In this document: in pieces, positions 26,246 through 37,911 of the stretch | How the letters are laid out: every line of letters starts with the position of its first letter | How positions within the stretch are numbered: position 1 is the first letter of the stretch | From: Hypanus sabinus | Lineage: Eukaryota | DNA: 64,000 nt | Direction: 5' to 3' | Assembly: GCF_030144855.1 (NCBI RefSeq) | Contig: NC_082728.1 | Span: 42,842,001 to 42,906,000 of the forward strand | Notes under the pieces: generated by a model | The model's database searches: none | What the model saw: the letters and a program-made list of their open reading frames with translations, nothing else | What the model was told of the DNA's origin: nothing | Made by a program: the position numbers and the translations under genes

Positions 26246-27841
26246 TAGTGGCATGCAAAGGTTTGGGCACCCTGGTTAAAATTTCTGTTACCGTGAATAT
26301 TTAAGTGAGTAGAAGATGAATTGATCTCCAAAAGTCAAAGATGAAACATTATTTTCAACATTTTAAGCAAGATTAGTGTATTATTTGTTTTGTACAATTT
26401 TAGAGTGGGGAAAAGGAGCACCATGCCAAATTTGGGCACCCCAAGAGATTTGAGCTCTCAGATATCTTTTTACCAAGGTCTCAGACCTTAATTAGATTGT
26501 TAGGGCTATGGCTTGTTCACAGTCATTGTTGGGAAAGGCCAGGTGATGCAAATGTCAAAGCTTTATAAATACCCTGACTCCTCAAACCTTGTCCCAACAA
26601 TCAGCACCCGTGGGCTCCTCTAAGCAGCTGCCTAGCACTCTGAGACTTAAAATAAATGATGCCCACAAAGCAGGAGAAGGCTAGAAGAAGATAGCAAAGC
26701 GTTTTCAGTAGCAGTTTCCTCAGTTGAAATGTAATTAAGAAATAGCAGTTAACAAGAATAGTGGAGGTCAAGTTGAGATCTGGAAGACCAAGAAAACTTT
26801 CCAAGAGAACTGCTTGTAGAATTGCTAGAAAGACAAATCAAAACCCCCTTTTGACTGCAAAAGACCTTCAGGAAGGTTTAGCAGACTCTGGAGTGGTGGT
26901 GCACTGTTCTACTGTGCAGCGACACCTGCACAAATATGACCTTCATGGAAGAGTTATTAGAAGAAAACCTTTCCTGCGTCCTCACCACAAAATTCAGCAT
27001 CAGAAGTTTGCTAAGGAACAGCTAAACACGCTTGATGCATTTTGGAAACAAGTCCTGTGGACTGATGAAGTTATAATAAAACTTTTTGGCTGCAATGAGC
27101 AAAGCTATGTTTGGAGAAAAAGGGGTGCAGAATTTCATGAAAAGAACACCTCTCCAACTGTTAAGCATGAGGGTGGATCAATCATGCTTTGGGCTTGTGT
27201 TGCAGCCAGTGGCACGAGGAGCATTTCACTGGTAGAGGGAAGAATGAATTCAATTAAATATCAGCAAATTCTGAAAGCAAACATCACACCATCTGTAAAA
27301 AAGCTGAAGATGAAAAGAGGATGGCTTCTACAACAGGATAATGATCCTAAACACACCTCAAAATCCACAATGGACTACCTCAAGAAGCATAAACTGAAGG
27401 TTTTGCCATGTCCCTCACAGTTCCCTGACCATCATCGAAAATCTGTGGATAAACCTCATAAGAGCAGTGCACACAAGACGGCCCAAGAATCTCACAGAAC
27501 TAGAAGCCTTTTGCAAGGAAGAATGGGTGAAAATTCCCCAAAAAAGAAATGAAAGACATAGCTGGTTACAGAAAGCATTTACAAGATGTGATACTTGCCA
27601 AAGGGGGTGTTACTAAGAATTGACCATGTAGGGTGCCCAAAATTTGCTTCGGGCCCTTTTCCTTTTTTGTTATCTTGAAACCGTAGAAGATGGAAATAAA
27701 AAAGTAATCTTGCTTAAAATATTAAAGAAATGTGTCATCTTTGATATTATGCCTTTTGGAAGTTGGGTAATCTTTTACTCACTTAGCTATTCACAGTAAC
27801 AGAAATTTTGACTGGGGTGCCCAAACTTTTGCATGCCACTG
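26246..27841 (+). mobile_element. Full-length Tc1-family DNA transposon (IR/DR type) with a disrupted transposase
   Basis: TIRs (T/C)AGTGGCATGCAAA.GTTTGGGCACCC at both ends with inner repeats near 26422 and 27631. TA on the left flank. Transposase has RSGRPRK, WTDE, GGSIMLWAC and QQDNDPKH, with a stop in the N-terminus and a frameshift at SQFPD before IENLW. Inserted into a Rex1-like element (about 26090-26245 and 27842-28205). Confidence 0.95.
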
Positions 27842-29589
27842 TTTATAAAGTTTTGTCACCGGACCTAAGGACTCACACAGTTGAGTTCAGGAATAGTTAT
27901 TACCCCTCAACCATCATGCTCTTAAACCAAAGGGGATAATTCCATGCCCTATCAGTGAAATGTTCCCACAACCTATGGACTTACTTTTAATGACTCTTCC
28001 TTTCATGTTATTCATTTTTATTTATTATTTCTTAGTTTTTGTATTTACAGTTTGTTGGCTTTTGCACACTGGTTGAATGTCCAAGTTGGTGAAGTCTTCC
28101 ATTGATTCTTATGGATTTATTGAGTGTACCTGCAAACAAAATGAACCTCAGAATTGTACATGGTGACACATGTACTTTAATAATAAATTTACTTTGAAAT
28201 TTGTTTAATCTATTTATTTTCTTTTCCTGTTTAAATATCAGATCTTCAGCATTTCTAGTATTTTAGTTCCAACCATCATTGCAGCCACTTGCTCACTGCA
28301 TAGGTTAACATAACAAGAGTCATGAGAATAAACTTTAAATAGTTTAGATTATTAACACATCCACTGGAATTTGATTGAGAAGCCATTTCTTTAGTCACAG
28401 TAGTTCAGATTTACTGGAGTTCATCCATTTTGGGAAGAATTACCACAACATTTTTTTTTCTAGTTAGGTGCTATTTATGCAAATGTGAAGACTGCCAGAA
28501 ACATTGCAGAACACAAGTTGTTGAACCTATTAAAATCCACTGAAAATCAATTTTTATACTGTTCTTCAGCTCCCAATTTACACTGGGGGGAAAACCTACC
28601 ACATCAGCTCACACATACACCTATAACTTCCATTATTCATGTATGTATTCTTGGACTTCACACAATGTCTTATCAATAAAACAACAGGACCTTGCTGGAG
28701 CTCCCTCACACTCTCCATTTATTGATGCATCCCACACTGAGTCCTATTAAAAGGTGACACTCACCAGTTTTATTAACATATTTCATCAAAATTCTTTGGA
28801 TCAAGTCTCAACAGGGCTTCCTCACAGGGGAGAGACAATAACTCAAAAATATTTATATATGAACCAAGATAAAAGTAGATTTAATCTTTCTGGCACTAAA
28901 ATGAACAGAATTTCCACATTTTCTTCCATATTACTGCACGAAATGATGGCAGGGAAACAACATTCAGTGAAAGAGGTATTCCAAGACAATATCCACAGCT
29001 TCAAAATCTCCAGTAAGTTTATTCTAATGATTGATTTTTACATTCAAAATATATTAGGTATTCAGTACAATGAATAATGAGTAAAAGGTTATGGTATCAG
29101 CAAATGTTCTTACAATGAAGACTTTATTCATCCACTCAGATGTGAACAATCACTTTTCAACATTGAATTTGCTGCACAGCATCCGGATTATGAAGCAAGG
29201 TTTGGGATTTTCTCTGTGTATTTCTTGCTCCATCTGAGTTCCCAATCTCAGCTGGAATTATTATTGAATGTGGCAGAGGAATTTCTAAATGGAAAGGTGG
29301 CTAAGTAATTCTGTGCTGTATTACAGCTAATAGGTCAACAGAGCAGTGCCAGAGTGTTTCGGCTGAACAATAGATGGAGCAGCACCATCTAATCCAGTGA
29401 GGTGAAACCTGAAAAGCAATTAAAAATGAAAGATACCCCACTACAAATAAAGAGAAAACTTCAAACTGTGGCCTGGTATGTGATTTGTAATCACAACATA
29501 ACCCATTTTTTAAAAAAATGATTATTTGTCCTCAAGTAGAACTAAAGAAAGAACTTTTTTTTAAAAAAGTGTGGTCGAACAGAGATCTG

Positions 29590-30220
29590 TGAATACTAAC
29601 CTGTAATTCCCGAAAGTGGTGTCACAGATAGAAAGGGTCGTAAAGAAAGCTTTTGGCACATTGGCCTTCAAAAATAAAAGTATTGAGTACAGAAGTAGGG
29701 ATGTTCGTTGAAGTTTATGTTAGCGAGGCTTATTTTGGAGCATTGTGTGCAGTTTTGGTCACTTACCCAAAGGAAAGATATCAGTAAGATTGAAGAGTGC
29801 AGAAAAATTTACAAGGATGTTGCCAGGACCTGAGAGCCATAGAATTATACAGAAAGGTTAAGACCATTCCCTCGAGTTTTGGAGAATGAGAAGGTTTGAT
29901 AGAAGTACACAAAATTACAAGGGGTATAGAGATTGGGTTAATGCAAGCCGGCTTTTTCTACTGAGGTTGGGGGAGACTAGAGTGGGAGATCATGGGCTAA
30001 GGGTGGAAGGTGAAACATGAGATAGTGAGAATAGGGAGCAAGCTGTCAGCAGAAATGGTGGATGTTGAAATTGAAGAAAGATTGGGATAGATACCTGGAT
30101 GGGAGGGGTATGGAGGGCTGTGGTCCAGGTCCAGGTGGTTAGAACTAGGCAGATTAATAGCTTGGCATAGACTAGATGGGCTGAAGGGTCAGATTCTGTG
30201 CTGTAGTGTTCTATGACTCT
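29590..30220 (+). mobile_element. CR1 3' fragment
   Basis: Decayed RLILEHCVQFWS region and a CR1 tail. Confidence 0.78.
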
Positions 30221-30237
30221 GACTTGTTTCCTATGTC

Positions 30238-30243
30238 TTTATT
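30238..30243 (-). terminator. Candidate ELAC2 polyadenylation signal AATAAA
   Basis: TTTATT on the + strand about 300 nt past the stop codon, just before a CR1 copy. An ATTAAA near 30390 is an alternative. Confidence 0.4.
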
Positions 30244-30540
30244 TAAAAGTCAGGACGATTCCATCCAAAAGGAAGAGAGAGAGAGAGATAAGGAATAAAG
30301 TCTGCTGAATAAATAACATCCAGTGCATAGATGAAACACATGATAAAATTATAAAAAAAAACGAAATATAAAACAAATATAATCTGATTTAATTCAAACT
30401 GCACATTTTCAGCCTGTACAATAATCTCATTTATACAACAAAACCAATTCAATATTTTGTCAGAGAGGATTGCCTTTCCCCTCACAATAATTACTCCAGG
30501 TTATAAAGCAGGGCTTTAGGACAACGTCAACAGCAGCATC

Positions 30541-30777
30541 TCAAGTCAACTTGCTCCTTTTGTGACCCAAATCTTGATCAGGTACTTTGAGCTCCCGTTT
30601 CATTTTGTTAGCTCCATCACCGACAGGTCCATTAGTAGTCGAGGAGCTCTGGATTTCCTTCAACTGTCGAAGCTCGCGCTTCTCACGGCGCTCCTCCATC
30701 TCTTCAATCTCATCCGCAAAAAGGGTTTTCAGGGATGGAATGAGTTTTGGCACTACCTTAAAATCAGCAAACCGAAC
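30541..30777 (-). CDS. ELAC2: ELAC2 last coding exon (237 nt including TGA)
   Basis: tgcag|VRFADFKVVPKLIPSLKTLFADEIEEMEERREKRELRQLK...GHKRSKLT*. The conserved IEEMEERREKRELRQ segment is present. Confidence 0.95.
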   Translation of the reverse strand, partial: VRFADFKVVPKLIPSLKTLFADEIEEMEERREKRELRQLKEIQSSSTTNGPVGDGANKMKRELKVPDQDLGHKRSKLT

Positions 30778-32589
30778 CTGCATGGAAATAATTTATTTTG
30801 GTCACAGTACATGCTGTTCTATGTTGAAATCGCAATATTAAAAATGGAGCATATCACTATTCAGAACAGTCTTATGATGGTCAGCTACACTAAACAGCTG
30901 TTGAGAGTTCAGAATGCCAGTTTTATCCTGATGCTTGGTTCAAATGAAGAACACAAAAACAAATTACAAAGCAGCACAATGGGTGGAACTGAGGGATAAG
31001 GAAGTTATGACCATGTTAATGGGGCTATATTATAGATAGCCCAACAATCTGCAGGATTTAGAGGAACAAACTTGGAGAGAGAGATAGCAGACTGGTGCTA
31101 GAAACACAAGGCTGTTATAGTAGGTGATTTTAACTTTCTACATATTGACTGCGACTCCCATACTGAAAAAGGACTAAATGGGACAGAGTCCATCAAATGT
31201 GTTCAAGGAAGTTTCAGTAATCAGTACATAGAAGTCCCAATGAGATAATGTGCAATATTTGATCTGCTATTAGGGAGTGAGACCGGGCAGGTGACAGCAG
31301 TGGGTAGGGTAAAACTTTGCACCTAGCAATCACAACGCCACTAGTTTGAAAGTAAATATGCAAAAATATAGGTCTGGTCTGCAAGCTGAGATTCTAAATT
31401 GGAGAAAGGCCAATTTTGATGATATCAGAAAGTATCTGGCAAGTGTGGATTGGGACAGGCAAGGGTGTACCTGGTAAGTAGGAAGCCTTCATGAAAGAAA
31501 TTTTGAGAATAAATCTTTTATGTGCCTGAATGAATAAAAGGTAAAGATAACAGGTTTATGGAACTTTACTTTTCAAGAGATAGAGGCTCTGATTAAGAAA
31601 AAAGGAGTGTATAGCAGGAATAGGCAGGTAGGAATAAATGAGGTACCTGAGTATAAGAAATGCAAGAGAACACTTAAGAACTCAGGAAGTGGCTCTCTAG
31701 CAGATCAGAATGGTAATCTACACATGCAGCCAAGAGAGTTGGGGGAGATCTTGAGTGGATTTTTTTTGCATCTGTATTTACTCCAGAGACAGGCAGTCTT
31801 CTATAGACAAAGCATCAGCAAGGTCATGGACACTACAGATTAGAGATGGTTTTTACTGTTTTGAGACAAATTAGGGTGAATAAATCCCCAGGGCCTGACG
31901 AGGTGTTCCTTTGGACCCTATGGGAGGTGTGCAGAAATTTCAGGGGCCTTAGCAGAGATACATAAATCATCCTTAGCGACGGGTGAGATACCAGAGTATT
32001 GGAGGATAGCTAATGTCATTCCATGTTTAAGAAAAGCGCTAAAATTAAAGAAGGAAATTATGGGCGGGTTAGCCTGACATCAGTAGTGGCAAAGTTATTG
32101 GGAGGTATTCTAAGGAATCGAATATAGGAGTATTTGAATAGATATGGACTGATTAGGGATGGTCAGTATGGCTTTGTGCGTGGTAGGTTGTATCTAACCA
32201 ACGTTATAGTCATTTGAGAAAGTTACCAGAGAGGTTGATGAAAGCAAGGCAGTGGATGTTGGCTAAAAAGGTTCAATTGCTCGACATTCAAGATGAGGTA
32301 GCAGCCAGAGAGAAGAAGCTGGGGGAAGCCAGAGAGTGGTAGAAGATGGCTACCTCTCTGACTGGAGACCTATAACCAGTGGACTGCTGCAGGGATCGGT
32401 GCTAGGTCCGTTTCTGATTGTCACCTATATCAATGAATTGAGAATAGTGTGGTTAACTGGATCAGCAAATAAATGAATGACACCAAGACTAGGGATCTAG
32501 TAGGCTGCAACAAAGACTATCAGAGCTTCCAGCAAAATCTGGACCAGCTGGAAAAATGGGCTGAAAAACAGCCAATGGAATTTAATGCA

Positions 32590-33022
32590 TAAAGGTTGAA
32601 CAAGTTAGGTCTCTATTCATTGGAGCGTAGAAGGTTGAGGGGGGATTTGATCGAGGTATTTAAAATTTTGAGAGGGATAGATAGAGTTGACGTGAATAGG
32701 CTGTTTCCATTGAGAGTAGGGGAGATTCAAACGAGAGGACATGATTTGAGAGTTAGGGGGCAGAAGTTTAAGGGAAACATGAGGGGGTATTTCTTTACTC
32801 AGAGAGTGATAGCTGTGTGGAATGAGCTTCCTGTAGAAGTGGTAGAGGCCAGTTCAGTTGTGTCATTTAAGGTAAAATTGGATAGGTATATGGACAGGAA
32901 AGGAGTGGAGGGTTATGGGCTGAGTGCGGGTAGGTGGGACTAGGTGAGATTAAGAGTTTGGCACGGACTAGGAGGGCCGAGATGGCCTGTTTCCGTGCTG
33001 TGATTGTTATATGGTTATATGG
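32590..33022 (+). mobile_element. Young CR1 3' end nested in a CR1
   Basis: Open frame LGLYSLERRRLRGDLIEVFK...FFTQRV, (GTTATATG)n tail, 8-bp TSD TTAATGCA at 32582-32589 and 33023-33030. Confidence 0.9.
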
Positions 33023-33663
33023 TTAATGCAGACAAGTGCAAGGTGTTTCACTTTGGTAGAACCAACCACAGTAGGTCTCACACAGTAAACGGTAGGGCAC
33101 CGAGTGCTGTAGAACAAAGGGATTGATAACTCACTGAAAGTGGTGGCACAGCTAGACAGGGTCGTAAATAAAGCTTTCGGCACATTGGCCTTCATAAATC
33201 ACAGTAAGAGTACAGGAGATGGGATGTTATGTTGAAGTTGTATAAGATGTTGCTAAGACCCCATTTCAAGTATAGTATGCAGTTTTGTCAACAATCTACA
33301 GGAAAGATGTGAATAAGGTTGAAAGAGGATAGAAAATTTACAAGGATGTTGCCAGGACTGGAGGACCTGAGTTATAAGGAAAGACTGAATAGGTTAGGAG
33401 TTTATTCGTTGGAATGTAGAAGATTGAGGGGAGATTAGATAAAAGTATACAAAATTATGAGGGATATAGATACGGTAAATGCAAGGTGGCTTTTTCCACT
33501 GAGGTTGGGTGGGACAACAACTAGAGGGCATGGGTTCAGGGTGAAAGGTAAACAGTTTAGGGAAACATGAGGGAAACTTCTTCACTCAAAGGATCATGAG
33601 ACTGTAAAACAAGCTGCCAGCACAAGCTCAATTTCAACATTTAAGAGAAGTTTGGATAGGTAT

Positions 33664-35204
33664 CCAGATGGTTTGCTTAAGGAAGTAGCCCAAGAAATAG
33701 TGGATGCATTAGTGATAATTTTTCAAAACTCTTTAGGTTCTGGATTAGATCCTGAAGATTGGAGGGTGGCTAATGTAACCCCACTTTTTAAAAAAGGAGG
33801 GAGAGAAAAACCAGGGAATTATAGACCGGTTAGTCTGACATCAGTGGTGGGGAAAATGCTAGAGTCAGTTATCAAAGATGTGATAACAGCACATTTGGAA
33901 AGCAGTGAAATCATCGGACAAAGTCAGCATGGATTTGTGAAAGGAAAATCATGTCTGACGAATCTTATAGGTTATTTTGAAGATGTAACTAGTAGAGTAG
34001 ATAGGGGAGAACCAGTGGATGTGGTATATTTGGATTTTCAAAAGGCTTTTGACAAGGTCCCACACAGGAGATTAGTGTGCAAACTTAAAGCACACGGTAT
34101 TGGGGGTATGGTATTGATGTGGATAGAGAATTGGTTGGCAGACAGGAAGCAAAGAGTGGGAATAAATGGGACCTTTTCAGAATGGCAGGCAGTGACTAGT
34201 GGTGTACTGCAAGGTTCAGTGCTGGGACCCCAGTTCTTTACTATATTAATGATTTAGACAAGGAAATTAAATGCAGCATCTCCAAGTTTGCAAATGACAC
34301 GAAGCTGGGCGACAGTGTTAGCTGTGAGGAGGATGCTAAGAGGATGCAGGGTGACTTGGATACGTTAGGTGAGTGGGCAAGTTCATAGCAGATGCAATTT
34401 AATGTGGATAAATGTGAGGTTATCCACTTTGGTGGCAAGAACAGAAAAACAGATTATTATCTGAATGGTGGCCAAATAGGAAAAGGGGAGGTGCAACGAG
34501 ACCTGGGTGTCATTGTAAGTGGGCATGCTGGTACAGCAGGCGGTGAAAAAGGTGAATGATATGTTGGCATTCATAGAAAGAGGATTCAAGTACAGGAGCA
34601 GGGAGGTTCTACTGCAGTTGGACAAGGCCTTGGTGAGACCACAACTGGAGTATTGTGTGCAGTTTTGGTCTCCTAATCTGAGGAAAGACATTCTTGCCAC
34701 AGAGGGAGTACAAAGAAGGTTCACCAGATTGATTCCTGGGATGGCAGGACCTTCATATGAAGAAAGACTGGATCGACTAGGCTTACACTTGCTGGAATTT
34801 AGAAGATTGAGGGGGGATCTTATTGAAAAGTATAAAATTCTAAAGGGATTGGACAGGCTAGATGCAGGAAGATTGTTCTCGATGTTGGGGAAGTCCAGAA
34901 TGAGGGATCACAGTTTAAGGATAAGGGGGAAGCCTTTTAGGACCGAGATGAGGAAAAATTTCTTCACACAGAGAGTGGTGAATCTGTGGAATTCTCTGCC
35001 ACAGGAAACAGTTGAAGCCAGTTCATTGGCTATATTTAAGAGGGAGTTAGTTATGGCCCTTGTGGCTAAAGGGATCAGGCGGTATGGAGAGAAAGTAGGT
35101 TCAGGGTTCAGAGTTGGATGATTAGCCATGATCATACTGAATGGCGGTGCAGGCTCGAAGGGCCGAATGGCCTACTCCTGCACCCATTTTCTATGTTTCT
35201 ATGT
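33664..35204 (+). mobile_element. CR1 (RT to 3' end) nested in a CR1
   Basis: WRVANVTPLFKKG, YLDFQKAFDKVPH and QGSVLGP motifs with a CTATGTTT tail. Confidence 0.92.
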
Positions 35205-35729
35205 TATATGGATGGGATGGGTATGCAGGGCAATGGTCTGGGTGCAGATTAATGGGAATAGGCAGTTTAAATGGTTGGCATTGATTAGATAGCCCAAGGG
35301 CCTGTTTCTGTGCTGTACCTTTCTATGACTAAATATTCTAACAATAACTCAGGCACAGGGTGAAATTTCTACCTCCCATCTCATCCAACCATCAATGTGA
35401 GTTCTAGTGCAGAGCCATCAGACTATAGCCATAGATACCAAATACGTTGCACATGTTATGTAATTACTGAGATGCAAGTTAAAATGTAATGTTTTGGTAA
35501 TCAGTAACCCAAGATATCAGCATGACAAACTTGCTTAATCCCAACTATTGGACTGATGTGAGTCACCTCAGAGTTATTGAGGGACTTCCCCCCACCCCCC
35601 AAGAAACCTGCTGGCAACTGAGTGGTTGCAGGCTTGATTGAGACAGCAGCCCTTGTCCACATAGGGTTTGCATGGTACTCTATAATAGTGAGGTGATTTC
35701 ACCAAATGCAATCACAAAACATTACGTAC

Positions 35730-35874
35730 CCTCATATGGTCGAAAGCTATTCCAACTTTATCATTGAAGTCAGGACTGAACAGGGGGATCTTGGCATATC
35801 TCTGGCTGAAGTGATTTAACATTATAAATTCTGCATTCATCTTCATACCCACATCAATGGCTTGAGAAGTTGTG
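35730..35874 (-). CDS. ELAC2: ELAC2 penultimate exon (145 nt; motif V, NHFSQRY)
   Basis: [48 protein letters not shown] with tcag|...|gtacgt sites. Confidence 0.97.
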
Positions 35875-37124
35875 CTGATGCCAAGAGATAACAAATACAG
35901 CTTTAGCAACTAATCTGGAAAGTACTCTATAAAATGCTGCCAAAGCAACAAAAGAAGTTTTTCAAGAATGTGGACAACTCAAAAGTGCCAAATTCTAAAT
36001 GAATCAGTGCAATGAAATTCCTCCCATACAAATTCTCAATATTTTAAAGTATAAAATAGAGGTTTAACAACTAAAATTTTAAAAAAGCAAACAGCAGGAA
36101 GTCAGACAGCAATGGTGAAAAGAAAAACACAGTTAATATCTCAGGTTCAAAACCCTTCATGTCCATCATGGGCATTTGGCAAACTATCTTTGATCTGAAA
36201 CATGAAGTCCAAGAAAATAAACCTACAGTATAATACAATTTACAGTTACTATTTATACAGTTCCTCTCTAATGATGCTATCCATCCTGCTCAGTATTTCC
36301 AGAGTTGCACCTCAATCCTTTGAGTGCTGATAAGACTCAGGGTTATAGTGGATCTAGAATCCCAGCTAAAGGCATTGATTCACTTACCTCAAGAAAATCC
36401 AGCTCGACTGTAAGCTTCATTTCTCAGCATGCCCACGGACAGGTAAGTTAAAGCCTGGCCCTTTAATAGTACTAGAGTGGGCCTTTGATCCATTGGTAAA
36501 GGCATGCTCCAGTTTCAATCCTACATCATTCATGAAAGGATATTCCAAAAGGAAAAGCTCCGTTGCCTACAAAAGTGTTTTGCAGGCAACTGATGTCATT
36601 GCACATACCCAACAATCTCATTCAGTTAGTGCTATATGCCTTAAGGACAGAGATGAGAATTTCCCATAACTTGCTAATGCACGAAAGACATCTAATCATC
36701 TACAGAAGATGATGGATTAGGCAAAATTTAATCACTGAGTACACTGAAATGTGATAGAACTTCTGCAATCAACTCTCAACAGCTACTATGAGAATTTGGT
36801 AATTTTCATATTGTAAAAAAACTGTTGCTAGTAATATTTGGCTACATGGTCTGCAAGCCCATTCTCTCTCTGCTATCCTCCAGGAATGAAAGACCTATCT
36901 TCTACTTCCCCACCCAATCAGTTGCCCTGCAATTAGACTGGTTACCTACTTGGTTGAGATCTTCATGGGAGTGACAAATGGAGATAATTGTTTTCAGAGT
37001 TTCTCTGAAACAGAGTTCCTTACATCACTCCATCACAGTTTAATCAAGGGACAACAGCAAAATACTTTTCCATGGTAATGCTTAAAAAAGCCAGAAATAT
37101 GCCCCAACTAACAGTTAAAATCAA

Positions 37125-37660
37125 GAGAACTGCAAATGCTGTAAATCAGAACTAGGGCAACACTGAGGGGAGTGCAAGGGTGACAGGGAAATGCAGTAGT
37201 ATGAGAGGGGTGAGAAAATAGAGGACGGGGACAGGGACAGTGGAAGAAGATGGTGTGAGGGAATCTGGGGGGGAGGGGAAGTAAGAGTGAGGGTGGGGGT
37301 GGGGTGGGGCGAGAGAGGAAGAGATAAAGAGGGAAAGCAGGTTACCTAAAATTGGAGAATTCAATGTCCTTGGGTTGTATGTGCTGTTCTTCTGTTTTGT
37401 ATTTGGCCTCCCCCTGGCAATTGAGGCCAAGGATAGTCAGGTCAGCAAAAGAACAGGAGATGAAATTAAAATGGCTGACAACAAAGAACTCCATGTGCAC
37501 ACTGTGGGCAGAGCACAGGTGCACAGCAAAGCAAGTTTGAACTTGGTCTCACAGATGTGGCTCCTTCTACATCCAGAGCACCGAGTGCTGTGGAGGAAAC
37601 CGGATGAGTTGAATGCAATTCCTTGCCTCCCCTGAAAGGAATTGTTACAACTGACCAAAT
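37125..37660 (-). mobile_element. Degenerate PLE 3' fragment
   Basis: Minus strand shows an IGETK-like ICETK, VVSHFN and QPKDIEFSNFR, followed by a pyrimidine-rich pseudo-LTR. Confidence 0.65.
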
Positions 37661-37832
37661 GATACCAGAAAAAATATGATTACTTATCACAATGAAATTA
37701 AATCTAATTAAGTTCTACCCATTGTTTTGTACTAATCACTGGACAAAACACATCTGTTGTGCTTCTTTAATATGGTAATAGCTCTTCCAGGATGACATGG
37801 ACAGATAAAGAAACCCAGAGTTTGGTTCTTAC

Positions 37833-37911
37833 CTATGTGTTTTCTCAACAGCTTCTTCTTCAAGTCCATCCTCCAGTGTGGCCTCATGAATCAGCAGATT
37901 TGCATGTTGCC
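37833..37911 (-). CDS. ELAC2: ELAC2 exon (79 nt; HEAT motif, start of HST)
   Basis: QHANLLIHEATLEDGLEEEAVEKTH(S) with acag|...|gtaaga sites. Confidence 0.96.

Larger units (their letters stand above)
30990..35330 (+). mobile_element. Long degenerate CR1 (endonuclease plus RT) hosting two younger CR1 insertions in the last ELAC2 intron
   Basis: VGDFNF endonuclease motif near 31120 and KSPGPD/WRIANV RT region. The host resumes at 33023-33663 and about 35205-35330. Confidence 0.85.

Noticed and set aside
30541-30555. ELAC2 C-terminus ...RSKLT resembling a PTS1 peroxisomal signal
   Set aside because: SKL is not terminal because a Thr follows. The basic patch more likely corresponds to the basic tail of other ELAC2 proteins.
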